Of a stretch of 64,000 bases of DNA, positions 1 to 12,513 are shown piece after piece. Below the pieces are notes generated by a model, which was not told where the DNA came from, did no database searches, and saw only the letters and a list, made by a program, of their open reading frames with translations. Where the stretch lies: positions 2,731 through 66,730 of the forward strand of contig CALHYX010000042.1 of NCBI GenBank assembly GCA_938041035.1, in the 5' to 3' direction. A program made the position numbers and the translations under genes. Source of the stretch: an uncultured Acidimicrobiales bacterium. GTDB taxonomy: Bacteria > Actinomycetota > Acidimicrobiia > Acidimicrobiales > SHLQ01. Each line of letters starts with the position of its first letter. Position 1 is the stretch's first letter.

Positions 1-548
1 CACCGGGTTCGTGCCGCCGAACCAGGCGAAGCGATACGCGTCGGTCCGCAGGTGGCCCAGCCACCGGTCATCGGTGATGCCCTGGTAGCCGAGGGTGTGG
101 ATGGTGAGCACCGTGGCGGGGCACCGGTCGACGAACGCCGGCGTCAGCGCGGTGTGCCAGTCGTTGAGATGCACGACGTCGGGTCGACGGGTGCGCACGA
201 TCTCGGCCAGAGCGGCCGAGAAACCGAAAAAGCGGACATCGTTGTCGGGCCAGGGTTCGCCTTGGGCATCGACATAGGGCTGCGGCCGGGCCATCCCGGG
301 CACATCGATGAGCGTGACCTCACCAACGCCGGGATACTCGCCGGTACGAGCCCACGCACCGCCGACCCAATCCGGCACACGGACCTGATATTCGGTCTGC
401 CCGGTGAGTTCGACCGTGCCGTAGTCGGGCAGCACAACGTCGACGTCCATTCCCGTCCGGCGCAGCTCAGCGACGAGCCCGCCGGCCGCTTCGGCGAGGC
501 CACCCACCCGCGCCAGCGGTGTCAGCTCAGCGGCGGCAAAGAGAACCT

Positions 549-552
<4 letters not shown>
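1..552 (-). CDS. glgA: Glycogen/starch synthase (GT5), 5' part; runs off the left edge
   Basis: Absent from the ORF track. Manual translation from the GTG at 552 (GTGA overlap with the glgX stop) gives MKVLFAAAELTPLARVGGLAEAAGGL...DNDVRF...HLNDWHTA...TIHTLGYQG, which are GlgA motifs. Confidence 0.88.
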
Positions 553-2663
<2,111 letters not shown>

Positions 2664-2794
2664 CTACCGCTCTCACCAACTCCACTGTGCTTCGTGGCCT
2701 CGTCGCCGAGGCGGCCGATCCTCGGGTGGTTCACCCGTGGTGACCCATCGGCGAAGGAGCCGGAGAATCCAGCGGAGTTTGGCGAGTTACTGCA

Positions 2795-4168
2795 TTAGCT
2801 CACCCAGGCGCCGTGAAAGCCGTTCGGAACCCGCCGCGGAAGGCTGATGCGAGCGACCTCGGGGCCGCTGATGTCCTGGGCATCGAGCAGAACCAGATCG
2901 CTGCTGTTCGCGCCCTGGTCATACACCAGCACCATGAGCCAGCCGTCGTCTTCGGCGGTGCCCCCGTCCCGCGGGATGAACAACGGTTCGGCGCCGCCGC
3001 GGCCGGGCCCGTGGTCGTGCACCGTCACCGCGCCGCTGTCGAAGTCGATCTTGTTGGTCCCCGAGAACCAGGTCTCTTCGTCGGACCCGTTGGCACCGAT
3101 GCTGGAGGTGTAGCCGAACCGGTGCCGGGTGTTGCTGTAGCGGCCCGACACGATCGGGAACTCGTGGCCGCGGTCGTCGATGCGTTCGGTGTGCACGGTG
3201 CGGGTGGCGGGGTCGACCGTCCAGCGGTCGAGCGTGGGCGTCGAGTCGCCCACCGGTCCGAGGAGGTCGAGGTCGAACATCTTGTCGTAACGGCAGATGT
3301 CGAGCACGACCTTGCCGTCGTCGGTGTCGTAGGCGTTGAGGGGGTGAAAGACATAGGACAGCGGCACGTCGACCCACACGATGTCGTCGGCGGTGTCGGC
3401 GCCACGGTCGAGCAGTCCGACGCGAGCGCCGTGATCGGGGTTCCACTTCATCGGGAAGCTGGCGCCCTGCATCGCCATCTCGATGTCGACCGTGACCGGC
3501 AGGTCGTACACGATCGCCTTGGACGCGGTCAACGACATGTCGTGGATCATCGGCATGTCGGCGACCGGCACCTCGACCAGCTTGGTGACCGTCGCGTCGG
3601 GGCCCACGACCATGTACTGCACGTGGTCGGCGACATCCGGGTAGCTGTAGCAAACGGCGTGAAGCTCGCCGGTATCACGATCGTATTTGGGGTGGGCGGT
3701 GAACCCGTTGGGCAGGGTCCCGCCAAAGTCGTCGTAGGCGATCGTTTCGAGCTCGTCGGTGAGTCGGGCGGGGCGGCCTCCGGCTTCGACCATGGCCCAG
3801 ATCGACCCGGCGAACGCGCCCACACTGGTGTTGGGCCCTCCCCGACCATCGTCTCCCGGTGGAACCTCGGTTCCGAGGTGGGCGGCGACGCTCTCACTGC
3901 GCACCCAACGGTTGCGGTACCACTCGGCCCGACCTCCACGGATGCGAACACCGTGCACCATGCCGTCGCCGACGAACCAGTGGGCGGGGTCGCCGCTGGT
4001 GTCGATGGGGTTCGGGCCGTTACGCAACCACCGGCCGTCGAGCTGCTCCGGTATCTCGCCCGTCACCGGCAGGTTCTCGACCGTGATCTCGTCGGGAACC
4101 GGGGCCATGTTGCCCTCGAGGTAGGGGTTGCTCGCCGCAACCGGGGCGTTCACGTCGTCGATACTCAT
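2795..4168 (-). CDS. Carotenoid/stilbene cleavage dioxygenase (RPE65 family)
   Basis: LRNGPNP, HWFVGDGMVHG, FTAHPK, MIHDM, VFHPLN, EDDGW and GFHG motifs (four Fe-ligand His). ATG at 4168 follows a GGAGA RBS. Confidence 0.93.
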   Translation of the reverse strand: MSIDDVNAPVAASNPYLEGNMAPVPDEITVENLPVTGEIPEQLDGRWLRNGPNPIDTSGDPAHWFVGDGMVHGVRIRGGRAEWYRNRWVRSESVAAHLGTEVPPGDDGRGGPNTSVGAFAGSIWAMVEAGGRPARLTDELETIAYDDFGGTLPNGFTAHPKYDRDTGELHAVCYSYPDVADHVQYMVVGPDATVTKLVEVPVADMPMIHDMSLTASKAIVYDLPVTVDIEMAMQGASFPMKWNPDHGARVGLLDRGADTADDIVWVDVPLSYVFHPLNAYDTDDGKVVLDICRYDKMFDLDLLGPVGDSTPTLDRWTVDPATRTVHTERIDDRGHEFPIVSGRYSNTRHRFGYTSSIGANGSDEETWFSGTNKIDFDSGAVTVHDHGPGRGGAEPLFIPRDGGTAEDDGWLMVLVYDQGANSSDLVLLDAQDISGPEVARISLPRRVPNGFHGAWVS

Positions 4169-4219
4169 GGGGTTCTCCTGGGTGTGAGGGGTTGCGGTTG
4201 GCGGGGATCCACCGGTCAA

Positions 4220-6523
4220 CTATCCAACCAATGGCCGGTCGGTGTCGATTGCTGAGGGGTCCGAGACCGAGGCGGCCAATTCTCGCACCTCGTCGAGCAG
4301 GTCGATCAGCTCCTCGGTGCTGGGCTCGGGTTCGGGGTCGGCCTCGCTCAGACCAAACCGGTCGTGCACGGCTCGCAGTGGAGCGGGCGCCCACCAGTTC
4401 GCCCCTCCGGCCAGTTTCATCAGGGCCGGCACCAACGTGGCCCGCACGATCGTTGCGTCCATGAGCACCGCCATGGCGAGCCCCAGACCGAACAGCTTGA
4501 TGAAGGTGATCTGGCTCGTGCCGAAGGCGAGGAAGGTCACGGCGAGCAGGACGGCGGCGGCGGTGACGATTCGGCCGGTCCGTTCCAGACCCAGCGCCAC
4601 GGCCCGGTCGTTGTCGCCGGTGCGATCGAACTCCTCCTTGATCCGGGAGAGCAGAAAGACCTCGTAGTCCATCGACAAGCCGAAGGCGATGCAGAACATC
4701 AGGATCGGCGTGGTCACGTCCGTCATGCCCGTGGCGGTGAAGTCGAGCAAACCCGCACCGTTGCCCTGCTGGAACACCCAGACCATGGCGCCGAAGGTCG
4801 CGGTGAGCGACAAGAGGTTCAACACGATGGCCTTCAGCGGCACGAGCAGCGAACCAAACATAAGGAACAACAGCACGAAGGTCGAAGCAGCGATGATGGC
4901 GGCGGCGAGGGGGACCCGAGCGAAGATCGCCGCTTTCGAATCCACCGATTCGGCGGCCTGTCCACCGACGAGCAGCTCGTCGAACGAGGTGTCCATGGCG
5001 CGGGTGGCGGCGACGAGCGCTTCGGCCTCGGGCGAGATCGTCTCGACACCGGGCACGACGTTGAACCAGGCGGCGCCGACCGTTCGCATACCGGCGATGG
5101 TTGGATCGACCGGAGCGATCTGTACGCCGTCGACGAACCGGCCCACGGCCGAGTCGACCCGAACCACGTCGGCGAGCTGGGACAGCGCGATCGCTTGGGC
5201 GGCGACGGCTTCGTCGCTCACCTCGCCGCGGACGACGACCGGGAAGGCCCCCGATTCGTTGCTGTCGAACTCGGCCCGGATGGTTTCGGACACTTCCCGG
5301 GCGGGGTCGCCCTCGGGCAGCACCCGGTGGTCGTTGGCTCCCCATTCGACGTTGAGGAACGGCAGACCGAGCGCCAGAAGGAGCACGATCACGGCACCGG
5401 CGATCGGCAGCGGCCGGGCCATGACGAACACGGCCACCCGGTGCCAGAATCCCTCGCCATCCACCTGCCGGCGAACGCCCTTGCGGCGCCCGAAGACCTG
5501 CCACCTGTTCACCCGTTCGCCGAGGAGCGCCAGGATGGCGGGCAGCGTGACGGTGGCGGCGACCATGGCGACCAAGAGCACACCGATGCCCGCGTAGGCG
5601 AAGGACCGCAGGAAGTAGAGCGGAAACACAAACAGCGCCGATAGCGACACCGCGACCGTGAGGCCGCTGAACGCAACCGTGCGCCCCGCCGTCTCCACCG
5701 TGCGTACCACCGCCGCGTCGCTGCTCAGGCCGCGGGCGAGTTCTTCGCGGAACCTCGACACGACGAACAGGCTGTAGTCGATGGCGAGGCCAAGACCGAG
5801 GGCGGTGACCAGGTTGATCGAAAAGATCGACACATCGGTGACGCCCGTGACCAGGTACAGGACGACGAAGGCACCCAGTATTGCCATGATGCCGACGGCG
5901 ACCGGGAGCAGGGCGGCGACGATGCCGCCGAAGACGCCGATCAGCAGGACCAGCGTGATCGGGATGGCCGCGGCTTCGGCTCGCTTGAGGTCCTTTTCGA
6001 TCGTCGTGCCGACCCGTTCGAAGATCTCGGCCACGCCGCCGAGTTCCACGTCGAGCCCGCCATAGGTGCCGACGTATTCCTCGGACATGGCGGCGACGGT
6101 GGCGTCCCATTCCGGGTTGGTGTCGGGTGCACCGGGGATGCGGGCGAGCACCAGGGCCTTGTCACCGTCGATACTGCGCAACGGCGGTGCCTGGCCCAGG
6201 CTCCAGTAGCTCACCACATTGGCCAGGTCGGGCCGGGCCGCCAGCTCGGCGGTAAAGGCCAGGCCGGCGGTGGCGACCTCGGGCGAGTCGACCGAGCCGT
6301 CAGTGCTCAGCAGAAACACCACGTTGGGAGCGCCGGCATCGAATTGCTGGTCGAGCAGCTGCCGGGCGGCGACCGACTCGGTGCTCGGGTCTTCAAAGCC
6401 GCCGGTGGAGAGACGGTCGAAGACGGCGCCGCCAAGCGCGGCGGCCACGATGAGCCCGATCACGCTGAAGAGCAACACTCGCTTCCGACGGCGAACAACG
6501 AATTTTCCGAGCGTGGTGAACAT
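4220..6523 (-). CDS. MMPL/RND family transporter
   Basis: GLGLAIDYSLFVVSRFREE and FGLSMDYEVFLLSRIKE motifs, about 12 TM segments. Start placed at ATG 6523 (MFTTLGK). Confidence 0.94.
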   Translation of the reverse strand: MFTTLGKFVVRRRKRVLLFSVIGLIVAAALGGAVFDRLSTGGFEDPSTESVAARQLLDQQFDAGAPNVVFLLSTDGSVDSPEVATAGLAFTAELAARPDLANVVSYWSLGQAPPLRSIDGDKALVLARIPGAPDTNPEWDATVAAMSEEYVGTYGGLDVELGGVAEIFERVGTTIEKDLKRAEAAAIPITLVLLIGVFGGIVAALLPVAVGIMAILGAFVVLYLVTGVTDVSIFSINLVTALGLGLAIDYSLFVVSRFREELARGLSSDAAVVRTVETAGRTVAFSGLTVAVSLSALFVFPLYFLRSFAYAGIGVLLVAMVAATVTLPAILALLGERVNRWQVFGRRKGVRRQVDGEGFWHRVAVFVMARPLPIAGAVIVLLLALGLPFLNVEWGANDHRVLPEGDPAREVSETIRAEFDSNESGAFPVVVRGEVSDEAVAAQAIALSQLADVVRVDSAVGRFVDGVQIAPVDPTIAGMRTVGAAWFNVVPGVETISPEAEALVAATRAMDTSFDELLVGGQAAESVDSKAAIFARVPLAAAIIAASTFVLLFLMFGSLLVPLKAIVLNLLSLTATFGAMVWVFQQGNGAGLLDFTATGMTDVTTPILMFCIAFGLSMDYEVFLLSRIKEEFDRTGDNDRAVALGLERTGRIVTAAAVLLAVTFLAFGTSQITFIKLFGLGLAMAVLMDATIVRATLVPALMKLAGGANWWAPAPLRAVHDRFGLSEADPEPEPSTEELIDLLDEVRELAASVSDPSAIDTDRPLVG

Positions 6524-6570
6524 CGGGTCCCGCTTTCTGTTTCCCCGCAGTGGGTTGAGTGGGTTAACAT

Positions 6571-6620
6571 TCGTACATGAACACCTGTACATGTACGAGC
6601 TTACGTTTACATATGTAAAC
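6571..6620. promoter_or_regulatory. Candidate TetR operator(s) in the divergent mmpL/tetR promoter
   Basis: Perfect 16-bp palindrome GTTTACATATGTAAAC (6605-6620) and inverted repeat TCGTACATG-N10-CATGTACGA (6571-6598) in an AT-rich stretch. TATACT -10 at 6634. Confidence 0.7.
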
Positions 6621-6646
6621 CTTTCTGGCAACCTATACTTGCTGTG

Positions 6647-7267
6647 ATGTCGGTCACCTCAACCCGCACCCGAAGCCCCCGCGGCGAAGGCGAGCAGCTC
6701 CGCGACGAGCTGCTTCTGGCCGCCGCGGCCCTGCTCGGCGAACACGGCTCCATCGACAAGGTGAGCCTCCGGGCCGTCGCGTCGCGCACCGGGGTTTCCC
6801 CCACCGCGGTGTATCGCCACTTCGCCAACCACGAAGAGTTGATGATCGAGTCGGTGCTGTCGTGCTGGAAGGCCTTTGACGATGCCGTCTGCCCCGTCCT
6901 CGACGGCGACGGCGACCCGTTCGCCATGTTCCAGGCCCTCGGCGACGCCTACGTCGACTTCGCCATGGCCGACATCGGCCGCTACAACGTCCTGTTCGCC
7001 GACGATCTGTTGCACCTACCTCGCGTGCAGGAGGCGAGCCTGCTCATCTTCGCCAAGCTGGTCGACCTGGTCGACCGCATGCTGCAAGCCAACGGTGACC
7101 GACGCGATTCCTTCTTCGTCGCCACCCAGGTGCAGACCTTCATGCACGGCATGATCTTGATGTGTGCCCATGACCACGGCGAGGACATCGGCAACCCGTT
7201 CCCGCCGATCGAGGAACTGCTCGCCGATCTCCCGGCCCGGATGGGCCTCGAACCCAAGTCGACCTGA
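6647..7267 (+). CDS. TetR/AcrR family regulator (WHG-type C-terminus likely)
   Basis: HTH SLRAVASRTGVSPTAVYRHF; divergent from mmpL. Confidence 0.92.
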   Translation: MSVTSTRTRSPRGEGEQLRDELLLAAAALLGEHGSIDKVSLRAVASRTGVSPTAVYRHFANHEELMIESVLSCWKAFDDAVCPVLDGDGDPFAMFQALGDAYVDFAMADIGRYNVLFADDLLHLPRVQEASLLIFAKLVDLVDRMLQANGDRRDSFFVATQVQTFMHGMILMCAHDHGEDIGNPFPPIEELLADLPARMGLEPKST

Positions 7268-7277
7268 CCCGGAACCG

Positions 7278-8852
7278 CTAGACCCGCTCGTTCGTAGTTC
7301 CCGCCACCACGGCGAGCAGGTCGCGTAGCTCGCGGTGTTCGGCGAGCACCGTCTCGATCGGGTCGATGACCTCGGTCTGGGCGACCTCCACCACGCCGTC
7401 ACGCATCGCGGCCCGCACCCGACGGGCGCGGCGTTTGGCACCGATCGCCGCCGGGATCCTCGAGAGCAGGGCGATGGCGATCCCGAGAATCACCCCGCCG
7501 AGCACCAGCAGGCTCGGCACCGGCAACCAGTCGACGCCCGGGGTTGAAATGGCGAGCGCGTCGGTGTCGAACCGGAAGAACGTCTCGGTGGCGGCGAGCA
7601 CGATGAGCCACACGATGCCCACCACCGCGGCCAGGATCAGCGCACCCTGGATCGCCTTCACGGCCGACCACCACGCCGGGCGCGTTCGTTGCGAACGCGC
7701 CGTGCGATTGGTTACCCCACCGAGGGCTTCGAGCACATCGGGGCCGCGATCCTGAGCGGCGCGGCGAACCGCCTGGGGCCACGGCGCCCCCAGGTCTGCG
7801 CCCGCGGCCTCGCCGAGTTCGCGCAGTGCCGCCGCCACCTCGGCCTCGGCGACCACACTGGCTCCGGGCTGGTGCAGGTCGGCCAGCGGTTGCCGCCGCC
7901 ACCGCCGGGCCAGCCGGGTCGGGGGCCAACCGGTTGCCACGGCCGCATCGCGTCGGTGCTGGGCCGCAGCCGTGGCCGCCGCGGCATCCGAACCGGCGGC
8001 GCGCGCCAGACCTTCGACGAGGCGACCCCGATCGGCGTCGTCGATACGGACGTCGGCGGAACGGTCACCGCCTGGGTCGAGGTCGACCGCCGCCTGGCGC
8101 AGGTCGGCGTCGAGTCGGTCGACCACCGCCTCGCGTTCGGCGACCTCGCGGCGGAGCAGCTCCCGCAGTTCGGGTAGCCCCTCACCGGTGTTGACCGCGA
8201 CGGGAAACACCTGTGCATCGACGATGCCCGAATCGGCCACCTTCGCCCCCAGGTCGGTCGTGCAGGCCAGCCGTTGCTCCGCGTCGAGCAGGTCGACCTT
8301 GTTGAGCACGAACCGCATGATGTCGCCATGCCCGGCGAGGGGCCGCAGGTACTGCTCGTGGAGCGCCAGGTCGGCGTACTTCTGCGGGTCGACCACCCAG
8401 ATGAGAAGATCGACCAGTTCGACCAGCCGATCGACCTCGATGCGGTGTTCGGCCGCGGTCGAGTCGTGGTCGGGGAGATCCAGCAGCACCAGACCGTCGA
8501 GTTCGCTCGGGCCCTGAAGGTGGTGCCGGCGGGGAACGGCCAACCAGTCGAGCAACCCGGCGGCGGGGTCGCCCCAGGTGCAGGCATGCGTCGATGACGT
8601 CGTCGGGCGGCGCACGCCGGGTTCGGACAGCTGCTCGCCGGTCAGCGCGTTGAACAACGACGACTTTCCCGCTCCGGTCGGGCCGGCGAGCGCGATCACC
8701 GTGTGATCGGTGCCGTGACCCAGCCGGCCGCGGATCTTGTCGGCCAACGCAGCCGCATTGTCGACGGTGGCGTCGGCGAGGCGACCGCGCGACAACCCGA
8801 CGGCCCGGTCGAGGCCGGCCGTGCGTTCGGCGAGGGTGGCGGTGTCGGTCAC
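7278..8852 (-). CDS. Dynamin-like/YfjP-type GTPase with C-terminal TM hairpin
   Basis: GPTGAGKSS (G1), RPTT, DLPDHDS, QKYAD and NKVD (G4) motifs; two hydrophobic helices near the C-terminus. Confidence 0.85.
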   Translation of the reverse strand: MTDTATLAERTAGLDRAVGLSRGRLADATVDNAAALADKIRGRLGHGTDHTVIALAGPTGAGKSSLFNALTGEQLSEPGVRRPTTSSTHACTWGDPAAGLLDWLAVPRRHHLQGPSELDGLVLLDLPDHDSTAAEHRIEVDRLVELVDLLIWVVDPQKYADLALHEQYLRPLAGHGDIMRFVLNKVDLLDAEQRLACTTDLGAKVADSGIVDAQVFPVAVNTGEGLPELRELLRREVAEREAVVDRLDADLRQAAVDLDPGGDRSADVRIDDADRGRLVEGLARAAGSDAAAATAAAQHRRDAAVATGWPPTRLARRWRRQPLADLHQPGASVVAEAEVAAALRELGEAAGADLGAPWPQAVRRAAQDRGPDVLEALGGVTNRTARSQRTRPAWWSAVKAIQGALILAAVVGIVWLIVLAATETFFRFDTDALAISTPGVDWLPVPSLLVLGGVILGIAIALLSRIPAAIGAKRRARRVRAAMRDGVVEVAQTEVIDPIETVLAEHRELRDLLAVVAGTTNERV

Positions 8853-10522
8853 GGCCTCGCCGCGACCAGTTCGTCGACCGCCTTTTGCAGCTTGTCGACC
8901 GCGTCGGCGTCGGGCACGACGGCGAGCAGGTCATCGAAGCGCAAACGTTCCGCGGCAAAGAGGTTCTCGAGCCGGTCGGCGAGACTCTTCCGGGCCGCCC
9001 GAGCCAGGTCGCGAACCGCCTGCTCGCCAAAGATGGCCGACAACACCGTCTGGCTCACCGCCGCGGTGCCGCCGGCGACGCCGATCTCGCCACCGGTAAG
9101 CCCGCCGGTATGGGAGAACACCGCGATCATCAGCGCCACCCCGATGCCGTTGATGCCCCAGGAAAGGGTGCGCGCCACCGCCACCTTCGAACCGGCCTGA
9201 TCCGACACCAGGGCGAGGACGTCGTCCTCCCACGCGGCGATCTCGGTGGCCAGCCGGGCGCTGAGCCCGGTGGAGGCCCGGTCGATACCCCGTTCGACGT
9301 CGACCAGCAGTTCGGCGCCGCCGGGCAGCGTTTCCCATTCTTCGACGGTTGCGAGGGCCGCCTGGTCGGCCGACTGCTTGATCAGGATCTCGAGGTTTGA
9401 TTCGAGCTGGCCCTGGACTTCGGCATCGGGGACCGACTTGCCGGTGAAAAGGCCCTTGATGCGGTCGCGCAGCCGGCCGACGCCGGATTGCATGCGATCC
9501 ATGAACTCGCCGGTGCCGACGTGTTCACGCCATCGGTCGAGGACCTCGCCGCGCAGCAAGTTGCCGCTGTCGAGCTCCCGGTCGATCGTCTCGAGCGCCT
9601 GGGCGTAGTGCCGTTCGGCCACCGTTCGCAGCGCCGCGGCGCCAGCCGCCTGGGCGCCGACGGCATCGCCGAAGCGTTCGACGCGCGGCGGCACCGAGTC
9701 GAGCACGCCGCCGATGGTCGCGAGCACCAGGGCATCGCGCTGGTCGGCGTCGGCCACCAGGCCGGTGAGCCACTCGCGCACCTGGTTGACCCCTTCGTCG
9801 ATTCGTCCTTCGACGATTGCCCCTTCCACGATCGGAAACAACTGCGCGTCGAGGCCTTCGTTGCGCAACATGTCACCCAGGTGGGTGACGATCTCGTCCT
9901 CGGCACCGGGCGGGATGCGATTGACCACCACCGCAAGGGCGATGGCGCGCTCCCGCGCCCGGGCGAGGTACTCCCACGGCACCGCGTCGGCGTACCGGGC
10001 AGCGGTGGTGACGAACAGCCACAGATCGGCGGCGCCGAGCAGCTGGGCGGCGAGGTCGTGGTTGGCGACCTCGACGGAGTCGATGTCGGGCGCGTCGAGA
10101 ATCGCCAAACCCTGGGGCAACCGCTCGCCGACGACCAGATGCAGCCCGGCGCCGGTGGGTCGCTCGCCGGTGCTCCGGGGCAGATCCGGAAGCACCCCGC
10201 CGCTGAGGAACCAGTCGCGGTCCTCCGCGGTGCACACGAGCACCGGCGTTCGGGTCGTGGGCCGCAACACCCCGGCGGTCGAGACGTTGTCGCCGACGAG
10301 GGTGTTGGTGATGGTCGACTTGCCCGCGCCGGTGGATCCACCGATCACGATCAGCAAAGGGGCATCGAGCCGCTCGAGCCGGGGCAGGACATAGTCGTCG
10401 ATCTGGTCGAGCAGTTCATCGCGGGTACGGCGGGCCTCCTCGGCGCCACCCAGGTTCAGAACCAGGTTGGTCGCGGCGAGTCGGTCACGCAGGGCGCGGA
10501 GTTCGGGGGCGGCACTCGACAT
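8849..10522 (-). CDS. Dynamin-like GTPase (first gene of the pair)
   Basis: GSTGAGKST, RPTT, DAPDIDS, RYAD and VVNR motifs; helical stalk; 4-bp overlap with its partner. Confidence 0.85.
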   Translation of the reverse strand: MSSAAPELRALRDRLAATNLVLNLGGAEEARRTRDELLDQIDDYVLPRLERLDAPLLIVIGGSTGAGKSTITNTLVGDNVSTAGVLRPTTRTPVLVCTAEDRDWFLSGGVLPDLPRSTGERPTGAGLHLVVGERLPQGLAILDAPDIDSVEVANHDLAAQLLGAADLWLFVTTAARYADAVPWEYLARARERAIALAVVVNRIPPGAEDEIVTHLGDMLRNEGLDAQLFPIVEGAIVEGRIDEGVNQVREWLTGLVADADQRDALVLATIGGVLDSVPPRVERFGDAVGAQAAGAAALRTVAERHYAQALETIDRELDSGNLLRGEVLDRWREHVGTGEFMDRMQSGVGRLRDRIKGLFTGKSVPDAEVQGQLESNLEILIKQSADQAALATVEEWETLPGGAELLVDVERGIDRASTGLSARLATEIAAWEDDVLALVSDQAGSKVAVARTLSWGINGIGVALMIAVFSHTGGLTGGEIGVAGGTAAVSQTVLSAIFGEQAVRDLARAARKSLADRLENLFAAERLRFDDLLAVVPDADAVDKLQKAVDELVAARP

Positions 10523-10603
10523 GAGGCTTTCCAGCCTAGGGGCGGCTGCCGTGAGCCATCGGTGATGGCCCCCGCCGAGCCGAGGGGCGGGTCGACGCTC
10601 GCG

Positions 10604-11824
10604 CTAACTGCGGGGAACCTCGCTCCACGGGATCGTCTTGTCGACCCGCGGCTCGCCCGGCAGGCCAAGCACCTGTTCGCCGAGGATGTTGCGCATGACC
10701 TCGCTGGTGCCACCCTCGATGGAGTTGGCCCGGGTGCGCAGGAACCCGTGGCGCACGCCGCCACCAGAACCATCGACCGAAAGCCCTTCGGGTACCCGGA
10801 AGGTGTAGTCGTAGTCGATCTGGCCGGCCGGACCCATCAGGTCGACGGCGAAGCTGGTAATCGCCTGGTTCAGTTCGGCCATCTTGAGCTTGGCGACCGA
10901 ACCCTCGGGCCCCGGATTACCCACCTTGCGGGCCGCGCTGGCCCGCATCACGGTGAGGCGCAGCGCCTCGGACTCGACCCAGAGCTCCATGAGCCGGTCG
11001 CGTTTGGCCGCCGTCTTTTTGTCGTCGGGCAGATCGTTCCACACGCTGGTGGCCATGGCGATCGGGCCGCTCCCCGGTTTCGAGGCGCCGCCGGTTCCGC
11101 CACCGATGGCAGTGCGTTCGTTCATGAGGGTCGTGAGCGAGGCCCGCCAGCCCTCGCCGACCTCACCAATGCGGTTGCCGTCGGGGATTCGTACGTCGGT
11201 GAGGTACACCTCGTTGAATTCCGCCTCGCCGGTGATCTGGCGCAGCGGTCGCACGTCGACCCCGTCGCTGTGCATGTCCACGGCGAAGTACGTCATGCCT
11301 TTGTGCTTGGGCAGCTCCGGGTTCGACCGGGTGACGAGCATGCCCCAGTCGGCCAGGTGGGCGAGGGTGTTCCAGACCTTTTGTCCGTTGACGGTCCATT
11401 CGTCACCATCGAGTTCGGCCTTACAACCCAGCCCGGCGAAGTCGGAGCCCGCGCCCGGCTCGGAGAACAGCTGGCACCACTTTTCCTCGCCGGTGAACAT
11501 CGGGCGGAGGAACCGCGCCTTTTGCTCGTCGTTGCCGTGGGTAACGATCGTTGGCCCGGCCAGGTACATGAAAAACGACGTCGGATCCGCGGGTGAAGCA
11601 CCGGCGGCGCGCAGGGCTCGTTCAACCACCTTTTGCAGGTTCGGGCGAACGCCGAGGCCACCGTGGCCCTCCGGAAAGTAGACCCAGGCCAGGCCGGCAT
11701 CGAATTGATGACCGCGAAACTCCTGGGGGTCCAGACTGGTCGGATCGTGGTCTCGCAACAGGTCGGCGAGGGCGTCCTCAACCAGCTTGGCTTCGGCCTC
11801 AGCAGGGATCATCGTGTCGGTCAT
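10604..11824 (-). CDS. Acyl-CoA dehydrogenase family protein
   Basis: WCQLFSEPGAGSDFAGL, NGQKVW, EFNEVYL and SIEGGTSEV motifs. Start ATG 11824 (alternative 11833). Confidence 0.93.
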   Translation of the reverse strand: MTDTMIPAEAEAKLVEDALADLLRDHDPTSLDPQEFRGHQFDAGLAWVYFPEGHGGLGVRPNLQKVVERALRAAGASPADPTSFFMYLAGPTIVTHGNDEQKARFLRPMFTGEEKWCQLFSEPGAGSDFAGLGCKAELDGDEWTVNGQKVWNTLAHLADWGMLVTRSNPELPKHKGMTYFAVDMHSDGVDVRPLRQITGEAEFNEVYLTDVRIPDGNRIGEVGEGWRASLTTLMNERTAIGGGTGGASKPGSGPIAMATSVWNDLPDDKKTAAKRDRLMELWVESEALRLTVMRASAARKVGNPGPEGSVAKLKMAELNQAITSFAVDLMGPAGQIDYDYTFRVPEGLSVDGSGGGVRHGFLRTRANSIEGGTSEVMRNILGEQVLGLPGEPRVDKTIPWSEVPRS

Positions 11825-11940
11825 GGGGTTCATTCTGGCCGACGATTGCCGACAAAAGCTAGTGATCGCTAACCACCGCGACCGCGGTTCCGGCGAGTTC
11901 TCACCTAGGCTCTCACCAGCTTCAAAACCCGGGAGGCACC

Positions 11941-12513
11941 ATGTCCGACGGACGCAAGATCCTCGTCGCCAACGACGCACCGACCCTCGAGCGCCTCGCG
12001 CCGGTCCTCGAGCCCGCACCACCGCCGCTGCCCCACACGCTCGTGTCACCGCAGCGTTGGGCCTATGAACCCGAGACCTTCGCCGCCAACGAATGGCCGC
12101 TGCGTCCGCACCTGTCGACTATCTGGAGCGGCCTCGTCGGCCTCGCCGGTGCGGCGCTGTTGTGCGCCATCATGTTTCTCGGTCCGCCGCCCGAACCCCA
12201 GGTCGCCATGTCGAGCTTCGACACCCACCTGGATGCGGTCAACTTCAGCTTCACCGACATCGCCATTGCGATGGCCCTGATGGTCGGCCTGATGGGCGCC
12301 AGCATTGGCGGTCTCATGCGCCACGCCGCCGGCCCGGTCCTGCTGGGTGCCACCGGAGCGTTCCTGGCCTACGGCTGGGTCACCTGCGCAGTCGCCCACG
12401 AGGCCCCGTTTGGCGCCGCCTGGTTCATCGCCCAGACCGCGATTCTCTTCGGCGCTCTGGCCGTCGCCACCGGCGCCGGCGTGAATTGCGCCCAGCGGTA
12501 CGCCAACCGCTAG
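11941..12513 (+). CDS. Hypothetical membrane protein (about 4 TM)
   Basis: GGGAGG RBS, GC3-rich codons and four hydrophobic segments. Confidence 0.7.
   Translation: MSDGRKILVANDAPTLERLAPVLEPAPPPLPHTLVSPQRWAYEPETFAANEWPLRPHLSTIWSGLVGLAGAALLCAIMFLGPPPEPQVAMSSFDTHLDAVNFSFTDIAIAMALMVGLMGASIGGLMRHAAGPVLLGATGAFLAYGWVTCAVAHEAPFGAAWFIAQTAILFGALAVATGAGVNCAQRYANR

Noticed and set aside
4020-6110. Long alternative-frame and antisense ORFs (e.g. 4020..6110, 9488..11596, 36418..38604, 51868..54513, 61812..63767)
   Set aside because: Shadow ORFs of high-GC genes. They are Arg/Gly/His-rich with no motifs and fully overlap well-supported genes.
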